26,210 nt of DNA from a virus (IMGVR_UViG_3300043422_000294:1-26210); one strand, 5' to 3'; positions 16,490 through 24,472 are shown, numbered from the stretch's first letter. Numbers and translations are program-made. Notes: generated by a model from the sequence alone, not told the origin.

Positions 16490-18064
16490 TCAAAAGCGCG
16501 CGCCAACGATTTCTGTGTAACGCCCGCTGGGGCGCACGGCGATCTGCGATGGGCACTTGAGCCGCTGCGATACCGCCAGCGCCTCGTCAACACCACGGGG
16601 AAGTGGCAAGCCCGGTGCGCGGTTGGCCCACCAACTGGCTGCCTTTTGCCGCGCATAGCCTTGGTGCTCAATGCAAACCCATTCGCTGTGGGAACTCAAC
16701 CCACTCCAGTAATCCACCCGAAGTGACGGCGGTTTGCCCGTCTTGTCGTGCCGGGCATAGCTCACCCGTGTTACCGGCACCCACTCGGGTGGACCGCCAG
16801 ACAAGATGTCCAAAGTGCTGGCTTTGGCGTCAATCTTGATTTGCGGCTCCGGGAACATGTGGCCACAGTCGGGGCACTGACGTACCGCCGCATGAACGAT
16901 GCTGTCGCACTCTGGGCAGGCTTTGGTTGGCGCATCGCCGTCTTCACCCGCTTTGGGTGTCTTGGGTTTGATGGCGTCAATGGGTCCGTGGCGCGCAATG
17001 TTTCCGGCGAAGTCGAGCACCAAGCAGTCGGTCTTGCCCTGTGCAAGGCGGCAACCACGGCCCACGATTTGCACATACAAACCCGCCGACTTGGTCGGGC
17101 GCAGCATGGCAATCAGATCTACCGCAGGCGCGTTGAAACCGGTCGTCAGCACATTGGCATTGGTCAGGCACTGAATACGCCCAGCCTTGAAGTCGTTGAT
17201 GATGGCCTCGCGCTGGGAACTGGGCGTATCGCCCACAATCGTTTCGCAAGTCACACCTCTGCTGCGCACCGCATCACGCACGTGGTACGCGTGGTCTACG
17301 CCAGCACAAAAGATCAGCCAGCTTTTGCGGTTAGTTGAGTACGAGAAAATTTCATTGACCGCGCTTTGCGTGATGGCGTCCTGGTCAATGGCCGCCTCCA
17401 AGTCCTTAGGGATGAACTCGCCGCCGCGCGTGCCCACACCGGTGAGGTCAATTTGCGTTGCCATGCGTTTGGAGATCAGTGGCGGAAGGTAGTGGTCATC
17501 AATCAACTCGCGCACCGACACCTCGTAGGCGATGTCAGTGAAGATGGCCTCACTACCTTCATGCAGCAAACCAGAGTCCAGGCGGTATGGCGTGGCCGTC
17601 AGGCCAATCACCTTGAGCATGGGGTTGATGCGCTTCAAGCCATCAAGAAACTTGCGGTACATCGTGTTTGAGGAACGCGGGATCAAATGCGCTTCATCAA
17701 TCAACACCAGGTCGCACTGCTGAACGTCATACACACGCTTGTGAATGGACTGGATGCCAGCAAACAAAATCTGCGCACGAATCTCACGCTTCTTAAGTCC
17801 TGCTGAATAAATCCCTGCCGGGGCTTGCGGCCAAAGCTTTTTGAGTTCGGCAAAGTTCTGCTCAATCAGCTCACGCACATGAGTCACGATCAGGATGCGC
17901 TGATCTGGAAAGGCTTTCAGCACGCCTTCAACAAAGGTGGCCATGACGAGGGACTTGCCACCAGCGGTGGGAATCACCACCAGCGGGTTGCCGCTCTCAT
18001 CTTGGAAATAGTTGTAGATGCCTTGGATGGCAGCACTTTGGTAGGGGCGGAGGGAAAAGCTCAT
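16490..18064 (-). CDS. SF2 DEAH-box helicase, RadD/YejH-like, with zinc finger
   Basis: LRPYQ, PTAGGKS, LIDEAH, TATP, LTTGFNAP, QIVGRGCR, CPEC..CPDC. Confidence 0.93.
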   Translation of the reverse strand: MSFSLRPYQSAAIQGIYNYFQDESGNPLVVIPTAGGKSLVMATFVEGVLKAFPDQRILIVTHVRELIEQNFAELKKLWPQAPAGIYSAGLKKREIRAQILFAGIQSIHKRVYDVQQCDLVLIDEAHLIPRSSNTMYRKFLDGLKRINPMLKVIGLTATPYRLDSGLLHEGSEAIFTDIAYEVSVRELIDDHYLPPLISKRMATQIDLTGVGTRGGEFIPKDLEAAIDQDAITQSAVNEIFSYSTNRKSWLIFCAGVDHAYHVRDAVRSRGVTCETIVGDTPSSQREAIINDFKAGRIQCLTNANVLTTGFNAPAVDLIAMLRPTKSAGLYVQIVGRGCRLAQGKTDCLVLDFAGNIARHGPIDAIKPKTPKAGEDGDAPTKACPECDSIVHAAVRQCPDCGHMFPEPQIKIDAKASTLDILSGGPPEWVPVTRVSYARHDKTGKPPSLRVDYWSGLSSHSEWVCIEHQGYARQKAASWWANRAPGLPLPRGVDEALAVSQRLKCPSQIAVRPSGRYTEIVGARF

Positions 18065-18109
18065 GACGGGACTCCTTGTTCAATTGCGTTTAGGTTTTCG
18101 GTTGGGGAT

Positions 18110-19063
18110 TCAGTTGGCGGCGTGCTTGATCAAACCGGCATCGCGCCAGCGCACTCCGTTGGTAAATTCGTAATCAACCCAGTCGTCACCCGCATCGACT
18201 TGCGATGCAGGAACAAGTGGCGGCAGGTACAGGTGCTGCTCACAGCCAGTGCGCTGATCTACTTCAGTCAGGCGTTTTTGATGCCGGTCGCAATGCCAAC
18301 CACCATCCACGGGTGTTGAGTGCAGGCAAGTACGGCAATTGATCGCAGGTGCCACCACGCTGTTGCCGCTTGCGTGGCAAACCGGTGCGTGGTCACACAT
18401 TCGGCACTGATACCAACTGGGCTCCTCGCTGATGCGTGGCAGTGGGGTTTGGGCGAAGATGATTCGCCGGGCTTTTTCCAGAAGAAGTTCCGCATAAGTG
18501 ACATCCGCCTCCACGCGTTCGACATACAGGTCATCGGTGTCCTTGTTCACAGCCAAGTACATCGCTCGGGTAATGCCCATCAGGTGCATGTAGATTTGCA
18601 TCTGGGCAAAGTGCTGCGGCTTGGACTCGCGCACCTTCTTGGCCACCAGATCGCCAAAGCTCTTGTTGGAGTGCGTCTTGAACTCCAACACGTGCCAGGC
18701 TTTTGGGGCTTCAAGCAAATTGATGGCAAGACCGTCAAGCGAGCCGCCGAAGTGGCCGCCATGGGCCTGCACCCGAAACTGACGCCCGGTCTCGGGATCA
18801 ACTTCGAGCACAGTTGCACCGGTGCGCCGCAGGTTCAGGACCATTCGGGCTTCCTCCAGTTGGCCGGTTTCGAACAAGCGCAACAACCGTCCTGGGTGCT
18901 TGCTACGCGTCACCCACCGAAAGTCGTACCAAAGTGCGCGCTCGCATTCCTTGCCAATGAGGGACGCGCCAAGGTGGCTGCGAAACCCGTCACTGGCATC
19001 CGCTTCATAACCAGAGAAGATGGCCTCGCGGGTGAGGCTCGTGATGGCGGGCAGTTCAGCCAT
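18110..19063 (-). CDS. Cas4-like PD-(D/E)XK exonuclease
   Basis: Start MAELPAI; LGAS.IGKECER, GSLDG, LEFKT, HFAQMQIYM, CRMC.....C; additional CRTC...C...C tail. Confidence 0.85.
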   Translation of the reverse strand: MAELPAITSLTREAIFSGYEADASDGFRSHLGASLIGKECERALWYDFRWVTRSKHPGRLLRLFETGQLEEARMVLNLRRTGATVLEVDPETGRQFRVQAHGGHFGGSLDGLAINLLEAPKAWHVLEFKTHSNKSFGDLVAKKVRESKPQHFAQMQIYMHLMGITRAMYLAVNKDTDDLYVERVEADVTYAELLLEKARRIIFAQTPLPRISEEPSWYQCRMCDHAPVCHASGNSVVAPAINCRTCLHSTPVDGGWHCDRHQKRLTEVDQRTGCEQHLYLPPLVPASQVDAGDDWVDYEFTNGVRWRDAGLIKHAAN

Positions 19064-19457
19064 GGTTTTCTCCCTGGCTGGCGTGCAAGTCACGCGCACG
19101 TTGCACCAGGCCTGCCCACTCCTGGTCATTGCAGTTTTCACGCGCCACTTCAATCAAGGTGTCTTTGAAGGCATCACGGTGCTTGGGCGCTGCGCGTTTA
19201 TCAAAGGTCGCAAGATGCGCCGTCACCTGCGCCAGCTCCTGCTGCTTTAAACGCAGCGCGGTTTTGGCGCGGTGGAACCAGGCAGCATCAAGCGTCTTCT
19301 TCTCCGTTTGCCGCCGGATGTCAGTCGTTGCGATCTGAATACGAATGGAAGCAATCTCGCCTTGCAGCGCCGCCATTCGCTCCCGACAGCCCTGCGCAGA
19401 GTCCGGCAGGTGAACCGGCTCAAGCGCGTGTTGATGCAATGTGAAGTGTTCGTGCAT
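19056..19457 (-). CDS. Hypothetical coiled-coil protein
   Basis: 133 aa filling gap in operon, GAGG SD, overlaps exonuclease start. Confidence 0.7.
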   Translation of the reverse strand: MHEHFTLHQHALEPVHLPDSAQGCRERMAALQGEIASIRIQIATTDIRRQTEKKTLDAAWFHRAKTALRLKQQELAQVTAHLATFDKRAAPKHRDAFKDTLIEVARENCNDQEWAGLVQRARDLHASQGENHG

Positions 19458-19468
19458 GCAATGGGACC

Positions 19469-19981
19469 TCAGGCTTGGCGCTTCCAGGGCAGTCCGTTGG
19501 CAGCAGGCGTTGCTGTAGCAACGGCAGGACGCGCTGGCGGGTTGGCTGGACCAGTGCTGAATGTGGGGGCGTTGGCAGCCTGGCCGCCGCGTGGCAGGTA
19601 GCGAACTGAGTTGCTCTCGCCGTACATGCCCTTCGGGGGACGCACACGCACATCTGCGATCAAGGGTATGAGGTGCAATTGCTCGGAATTGCCGACCTGC
19701 AACTTGCCCACGGCACGGCAGATGGATGACAGCGTGCGCTGTGCGATTTGCACAGCATCTGCATTGGCATTGATGAGGTTCAGGCGATCAAAGAGCTTGC
19801 GGCCTGCGTACTGCCCCTCAATGACATCCACCTCAAGGTAGAGGTACTGGCCCATGCCGTCTTTGGTTGCACGCATTTCGCTTGCAACAATTTGGGCGAG
19901 GTATTTACCGGGTGGCAGGACTTCGTAGCCGCTGCTGGGTTCAACTGAGGATGCGTCGAAAGTTTGTCCGAATGAAGCCAT
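19469..19981 (-). CDS. DUF669 protein (phage ssDNA-binding-like)
   Basis: FDASSVEP...LPPGKY.A.I..SE...TK.G.G.YL.L...GRKLFDRLNL; PW tail; adjacent to Sak4-like ATPase. Confidence 0.85.
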   Translation of the reverse strand: MASFGQTFDASSVEPSSGYEVLPPGKYLAQIVASEMRATKDGMGQYLYLEVDVIEGQYAGRKLFDRLNLINANADAVQIAQRTLSSICRAVGKLQVGNSEQLHLIPLIADVRVRPPKGMYGESNSVRYLPRGGQAANAPTFSTGPANPPARPAVATATPAANGLPWKRQA

Positions 19982-20003
19982 GGTGTTTTCTCCTATTTCA
20001 ATT

Positions 20004-20798
20004 TCAGGTGGTGGGGTTGGTGGGGGTGACTGGGTTGGCGATCAACATGGGCTTGATCACATCGGGCATGGCCTGGGCAAAGGACTGCCAGTCCAGTGGC
20101 AGGGTCTCAGGAAGGCCATATCGGTTCTTGGCCAAAAAGGCTGGGCGCTCGGCGGTGTGAATCACCCGCTCGCCCGAGCCCATGGCGCGGTTTACTTTTT
20201 TGTTGAAGCCGACATCGGCCTTCACGGTGGAGATGCGGTAGTTGGCAAACAGCACGATGTCGGAGTGCTCTTGCATCAGCGCCGCTGCGCGGGTGTGCAA
20301 CTTGATGACGTACCGGTCGTAGGGGTCGTGCTCAGGCGAGTCAAAACGCTTGATGTCGGTGTGCGCGATTTGCACAACAGTCATGCCACGGTCGTCACGC
20401 AGGGCGTTCAGGCCGTCGATGTACTGACGCCACAGGCTCAAAGCGGCCACGTAGCCTTTGCCGTACCCGGCGTCTTCAATCGATCCCCAGCCGTTGTCGC
20501 GGCAGGCCTTGCCCCAAACCAAGGGTTCAAGCCAGTCCACGCTGTCGATCACCACGGTTTTGAAGTCATGGTCTTCGGTGTACAGCGAGGCCAGTGACTC
20601 AAGGACTTCCTCAAACGTGCGTGCAAGCGGAAAGCTAGCTGCCGGAATTGTTCCCAGACCGTCTTCCGTTTGCACGAACACAGGTTTGCTGGCTTCTGCG
20701 GCGAAGGTGGTTTTACCAACGCCTGCAACACCGTGAATCAGAATGCGGGGTGGCTTGGGCGTATTGGCGCGTGTAAGTTGTGCAAGTGAAATGGCCAT
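20004..20798 (-). CDS. AAA_24 / Sak4-like single-strand annealing ATPase
   Basis: Start MAISLAQL (TGATG overlap); GVAGVGKT, VIDSVDWLE, GYGKGY, IAH, AKNR motifs. Confidence 0.88.
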   Translation of the reverse strand: MAISLAQLTRANTPKPPRILIHGVAGVGKTTFAAEASKPVFVQTEDGLGTIPAASFPLARTFEEVLESLASLYTEDHDFKTVVIDSVDWLEPLVWGKACRDNGWGSIEDAGYGKGYVAALSLWRQYIDGLNALRDDRGMTVVQIAHTDIKRFDSPEHDPYDRYVIKLHTRAAALMQEHSDIVLFANYRISTVKADVGFNKKVNRAMGSGERVIHTAERPAFLAKNRYGLPETLPLDWQSFAQAMPDVIKPMLIANPVTPTNPTT

Positions 20799-21322
20799 CA
20801 CACACCCCCACCAAAGTGACTGTCGTTGGCAGCGTCGGGGATTTCTCCGGCCTTGATCTGCTCGAGCTTGTAGCTTGGCTTGCCCGTTTTGAGCGTGCGT
20901 GCAGGTTCGAACAGATCGCGGATGCCGGGTGGCCAGGCGTTGTACTTGGACTCGGCGACTTTGATTTCGATGCCGACATAGTTCTCCGGGTCCTCGCCCC
21001 ACTTGCGCAACGCTTCCACGGCTTCTTTGAGCTTGACCTGGTTGTATTCAGGGCGCTTGGGCAAATCGGCGACGACCATGTAGCCATCGACCTCAAAGCG
21101 CACAGTGCCGGTGGACTTGCCAGCCTCTTGGCGAAGCTGCTGGGCATGATCGCCCAAGCGACTGTGCAAGGTGGACTGCAATGCGTTGAGGAACAAAGCG
21201 GCAGTGTCTTTGGCAGCAGTGACCTGCTTGATCATCCGGTCAAGGTCTGGCAGCGGGAGCTTTTCAAGCTCGTTCATGTAAAGCTGGCCTATTTCATCCA
21301 GCACGTCGGGTTCGGCAGTCAT
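20798..21322 (-). CDS. Conserved phage hypothetical protein of recombination module
   Basis: 174 aa, GKSTGTVRF.VDG...LPKR..Y.Q..L...ESKYNAWP..IR..FEPART.K.GKPSY; coupled to AAA gene. Confidence 0.75.
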   Translation of the reverse strand: MTAEPDVLDEIGQLYMNELEKLPLPDLDRMIKQVTAAKDTAALFLNALQSTLHSRLGDHAQQLRQEAGKSTGTVRFEVDGYMVVADLPKRPEYNQVKLKEAVEALRKWGEDPENYVGIEIKVAESKYNAWPPGIRDLFEPARTLKTGKPSYKLEQIKAGEIPDAANDSHFGGGV

Positions 21323-21336
21323 GGGTTCTCTTTCTT

Positions 21337-21840
21337 TCAGTGGTGCTTGCGGTTACTAGGAGCCATCTGCGCGATGCGCAGCTGGGTACGGATTTCGGGT
21401 GGCTTCAGAGGGGAGCTGGAGCGCATGGCCATGTAGCGGTAGTGGTCGTCGTCCACCTTTTGGCTAAACAGGTGCACCAGACCAAGTTCGCATGCGATCC
21501 AGGCACGACGGGCAACGGAGTGAATACGGGCTCGGTCTTTGGTGGACAGGTCACTGCTGATCTCTGAGCGGTCACGCAGCAGAAGGCCCTCGTGGTACTG
21601 GATGCAGTGCCCGACCTGTGCACTGGCAACCCAGTCGCACAAAATGGCTTCGGTAACAGCGACTCCTGGTGAGTAGAAAGGGCGTGCACTCCCGAGCTGC
21701 TCCTGTGCGACGAGACCAAGATGGCTGCGCGATATTTCAATGAGTTTTTGTGACGCGAACAATTTGGGCTCCATAAGTTGTGGATTGGCCGTGTCGCAGG
21801 TGTTGCGGCTCGGTTTGCTTGGTGGCTTTTTGGCTGACAT
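21337..21840 (-). CDS. Hypothetical protein, first gene of replication/recombination operon
   Basis: Start chosen at MSAKKPP (ATG 9 nt after motif A); core CDWVASAQ.G..IQYHEGLL...ELGLVHLFSQK...YRYMA. Confidence 0.7.
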   Translation of the reverse strand: MSAKKPPSKPSRNTCDTANPQLMEPKLFASQKLIEISRSHLGLVAQEQLGSARPFYSPGVAVTEAILCDWVASAQVGHCIQYHEGLLLRDRSEISSDLSTKDRARIHSVARRAWIACELGLVHLFSQKVDDDHYRYMAMRSSSPLKPPEIRTQLRIAQMAPSNRKHH

Positions 21841-21849
21841 GTGAGTTAT

Positions 21850-21875
21850 TACCGTTGGACGTTGTTTTTTTCTCA
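21850..21875 (-). promoter_or_regulatory. Motif A copy 1: TGAGAAAA-N13-CGGTA, ECF-type promoter candidate
   Basis: Starts at sigma stop codon; 9 nt upstream of ATG 21840; matches 23806-23832. Confidence 0.6.
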
Positions 21876-22553
21876 GGCCACGTCGCGCAGACCAAACATG
21901 CGCAGGTGCATGCGCAGCTCGTGGACTCGGCGATAGAAAGTTGGAGTTGATAAACCGGATGCCGCGCATGCGCTGGCGATATCCGAGTGCTCGGTAAGCA
22001 GGTCCAGCAAAGCAGACTGCTCGCCGTTCATGAATGCGATGGCCGCATTAAGGTCATGCATGGCCATGCCATCGGTAAAGAAGTCGTGATCGGGGTCACG
22101 TTTAAAGTGGATCGAGTCGATGCAGTCGTCTGCTGAATCGGCTTTGGACGAACCCATCTCAGGGTCGTTGGCAGCGCCCATCATCTGGGCTGCAGTACCA
22201 AAGTCCGTATAGCGCATGCGCTGTTTGATCAACCCGTCAAGCAATTCAACGGCACGGTGTTTGGACACCATGCCCGTGAATGTTCCTGGACTGCCCTTGG
22301 CCGGGTCGAACTTATGTCTGTGCTCCAGCAGGTCGAGCATCAGTTCCTGCTGGATGTCCTCACGTTCGGCTGCAGATAAGCCGTGGCGAACGGCCAGTTG
22401 ATGAGTCCGGACCCTGGCTGCATTTACTGCAGCATCAAAATACGGGTCGTTGGCGCTCTGCCCAAATGAGTACCCGCTGGGGGTTTTGGCGATTGCGTTG
22501 CTATGACTTGCGCACGGGGTAGTTGTCCGTGGTGTGCAGCTCTGATTTCCCAT
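21873..22553 (-). CDS. Phage-encoded ECF/sigma70-like factor (regions 2 and 4)
   Basis: Region 2-like EREDIQQELMLDLLEHRHKFDPAKGSPGTF; region 4-like DLNAAIAFM...DIASACAASGLSTPTFYRRVHELR; CAGGAG SD. Confidence 0.75.
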   Translation of the reverse strand: MGNQSCTPRTTTPCASHSNAIAKTPSGYSFGQSANDPYFDAAVNAARVRTHQLAVRHGLSAAEREDIQQELMLDLLEHRHKFDPAKGSPGTFTGMVSKHRAVELLDGLIKQRMRYTDFGTAAQMMGAANDPEMGSSKADSADDCIDSIHFKRDPDHDFFTDGMAMHDLNAAIAFMNGEQSALLDLLTEHSDIASACAASGLSTPTFYRRVHELRMHLRMFGLRDVA

Positions 22554-22594
22554 GATGATGACTCCTGTTTTGAATGAACAGGGTCATGATCGGG
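22549..22594 (-). promoter_or_regulatory. Hairpin sequestering SD and start codon of the sigma gene
   Basis: Minus strand CCC-GAT-c-ATGAC-CCTGTT-cattcaa-AACAGG-a-GTCAT-c-ATC-at-GGG. Confidence 0.6.
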
Positions 22595-22650
22595 GGGGTA
22601 TGTAGTAATGAAAACAAGCGTCCAGCGCACGCCGCACGTGCTCATATGGA

Positions 22651-22728
22651 CTCCGCACAATATCCAGCGGAGGACGTACGTAGACTACTATTTACGGAGA
22701 CAGTACGCTCTCCGATGGAGACCGTAAC
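22651..22728. repeat. Three imperfect 13-bp direct repeats plus inverted CTCCG/CGGAG units
   Basis: CGGAGgacGTACG (22668-22680), CGGAGacaGTACG (22695-22707), TGGAGaccGTAAC (22716-22728); inverted CTCCG at 22651 and 22710. Confidence 0.55.
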
Positions 22729-23694
22729 CTATCGAAACCGAATGCCGTTCGTGCGGGCATAAGCTCTAATCCAATCGGCTACCGTTCGGTGACTTCTGGG
22801 CGTCCCTCTTTGCTCAAGTACTTCCACAAAGTGATCTGCCGCTTTTTCAGCGCTATCGAATTTTCTGGGGTCCTTTGCAAACTCATCCAACACAAACTGC
22901 TTTACGTCTCGGTTGTCACGGTGGCGAATTTCATTGTTTGCCACGGACCTTTGCCGACGCTCAGCCTCTTCGTCAGCTTGCATTTCATTTCGCATCTCGT
23001 CGCGAATTCGATCTAGGTCAGCTTTGGTTATGGCGACAGATGCACCGGCCTGAATCTTTTGGATTTTGGCCTCATATTTTTCTTCTACTCGATCTATATC
23101 TCTTAACTTCTCAGCTTGAGCAACCGCCTCAGCGGCCTCCAGAAGTTTTTTCCCCAACCTCGCCACCTCTTCTGGTGCATATTCCTTCTTCTCACGCTTT
23201 ACCCACTTAAATGGGTTGAACTGAACCTTGAACTCAAGATCTCTGACATATTCAGATAAAAACCATAAACTCAGCACGGCAAAATATTCGTACTCCTTTA
23301 CGTCCTCAAGCTCAACTGACTTGGGGTCAAATCCCCAATCAATTGCTTCCATTAACGCGTCATGGTCTGGTGTGTTGTCTGGGGTGTGAATGTCATATTC
23401 ATCAATGGCCTCATCGTTGAAACCAGTAACACGACCGTCCTCGTTGGTTTCCAGTAGGTCGTAACGCTGAGCTCTGCGGATTTCTTCAAGCTTGGTTTCC
23501 TTTTCATGGTCGAAGTACCACTCCAAAAGTGAAGACGCATCAGTGGCAATTGTTTGAATATCATCCGCCGACCTGCGTTTTCCTTTGAGGATCGACCTTG
23601 CACGCCAAGCAATACTGCTTGCTTCAGTGAAAGGAAAACGTGGGACTTCGCCGTTTAATGGCTCCAAATACTCGAATTGACTGAAATAGCGCAT
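22729..23694 (-). CDS. Hypothetical protein with acidic N-terminal domain, coiled coil and C-terminal HTH-like motif (candidate regulator)
   Basis: 321 aa, visibly AT-richer than neighbours; C-terminal FDSAEKAADHF...RSHRTVADWIRAY; extended -10 TGcTAATAT at 23724-23716. Confidence 0.75.
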   Translation of the reverse strand: MRYFSQFEYLEPLNGEVPRFPFTEASSIAWRARSILKGKRRSADDIQTIATDASSLLEWYFDHEKETKLEEIRRAQRYDLLETNEDGRVTGFNDEAIDEYDIHTPDNTPDHDALMEAIDWGFDPKSVELEDVKEYEYFAVLSLWFLSEYVRDLEFKVQFNPFKWVKREKKEYAPEEVARLGKKLLEAAEAVAQAEKLRDIDRVEEKYEAKIQKIQAGASVAITKADLDRIRDEMRNEMQADEEAERRQRSVANNEIRHRDNRDVKQFVLDEFAKDPRKFDSAEKAADHFVEVLEQRGTPRSHRTVADWIRAYARTNGIRFR

Positions 23695-23805
23695 TTTTTG
23701 TTCGTTTTCGACTAAATATTAGCAACCTGGCGGGGCAAGCCTCGCCATAGAGGTACTCTATTTTCGCCCGACTTCACCGCTAAGTCATCAGGTATGCCCT
23801 CACCC

Positions 23806-23832
23806 TGAGAAAACCACCCCCCTGCGGCGGTA
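23806..23832 (+). promoter_or_regulatory. Motif A copy 2: TGAGAAAA-N14-CGGTA
   Basis: 9 nt upstream of ATG 23842, no SD in between; matches 21875-21850. Confidence 0.6.
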
Positions 23833-23841
23833 TGAACCTTC

Positions 23842-24036
23842 ATGACCGCCCCAAAACAAACCCCACAACCAACTCCGCCCGCAGAGCGCAGCCCCATGGC
23901 CGTCATCGGCGCAATCCTGGCCCAGGGCGCAATTCGCCTTCTGGACCGCCAAAAACGCGAAGCTCAACTTGCTAACCGTACCGAACAGAGCGTTCATACG
24001 GGTGTTTTGACTACCAAGGACAACACCCATGAATGA
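23842..24036 (+). CDS. Small hypothetical protein preceding DUF2924
   Basis: 64 aa, IGAILAQGAIRL helix and EQSVH; overlaps DUF2924 start by 8 nt. Confidence 0.55.
   Translation: MTAPKQTPQPTPPAERSPMAVIGAILAQGAIRLLDRQKREAQLANRTEQSVHTGVLTTKDNTHE
23968..23998 (+). promoter_or_regulatory. Motif B copy 2: CTTG-N14-CAGAGCGTTCATA upstream of DUF2924-recombinase
   Basis: Matches 9308-9338; ends 30 bp before ATG 24029. Confidence 0.6.
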
Positions 24037-24472
24037 CTCACTTGTTGCACGCGTTGCAGCCCTTAAAACCTCGCCCACACCGGACCTCAAGCAAATGTGG
24101 CGGGAAATGTTTTTGACTGAACCCCCGCCCTTTAACCGGCGGTTCCTTGAAACACGTCTGGCCTACCGCATTCAGGAGCTGGCCCTTGGCGGCCTGAGGC
24201 GCGAGACCATAAAGCGCCTAGAGAAGTTGGGCGAGCAGCTCGACGGAGGCAAACCGGATGTGCGCCGCCGCCGCATTGACGGCAGGCCTCTTGCAGGAAC
24301 TCGCCTGATTAGGGAATGGGACGGCCAGCGCCACGAAGTAGTGGTGCACGTCGACGACTTTGAATACGCAGGCCAGCGCTACAAGTCAATCTCGCGCATC
24401 GCCATGGTGATCACCGGTACCAACCGAAACGGTTGGACGTTCTTTGGCATGTCTACCGGAAGGAGCATTTGA
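24029..24472 (+). CDS. DUF2924 domain protein
   Basis: LKQMWREMF..EPP.FNRRFLE.RLAYRIQELALGGL, GTRLIREW.G..HEV.V, YKS.S.IA..ITGT.RNGW.FFG. Confidence 0.92.
   Translation: MNDSLVARVAALKTSPTPDLKQMWREMFLTEPPPFNRRFLETRLAYRIQELALGGLRRETIKRLEKLGEQLDGGKPDVRRRRIDGRPLAGTRLIREWDGQRHEVVVHVDDFEYAGQRYKSISRIAMVITGTNRNGWTFFGMSTGRSI

Noticed and set aside
353-21436. Many long plus-strand ORFs opposite the phage genes (e.g. 353-1135, 5618-6250, 18320-19168, 19980-20597, 20780-21436)
   Set aside because: Antisense shadows of well-supported genes in GC-rich DNA, with no motifs or SD
22565-22581. LexA SOS box upstream of the sigma gene
   Set aside because: Reads CTGT-N9-ACAG rather than N8; better explained as part of the SD-sequestering hairpin
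22575-22727. Third copy of motif A on plus strand (TGAACAGG...GGGTA) with a 39-codon ORF
   Set aside because: Poor match in both blocks, different spacing to ATG and no coding signal
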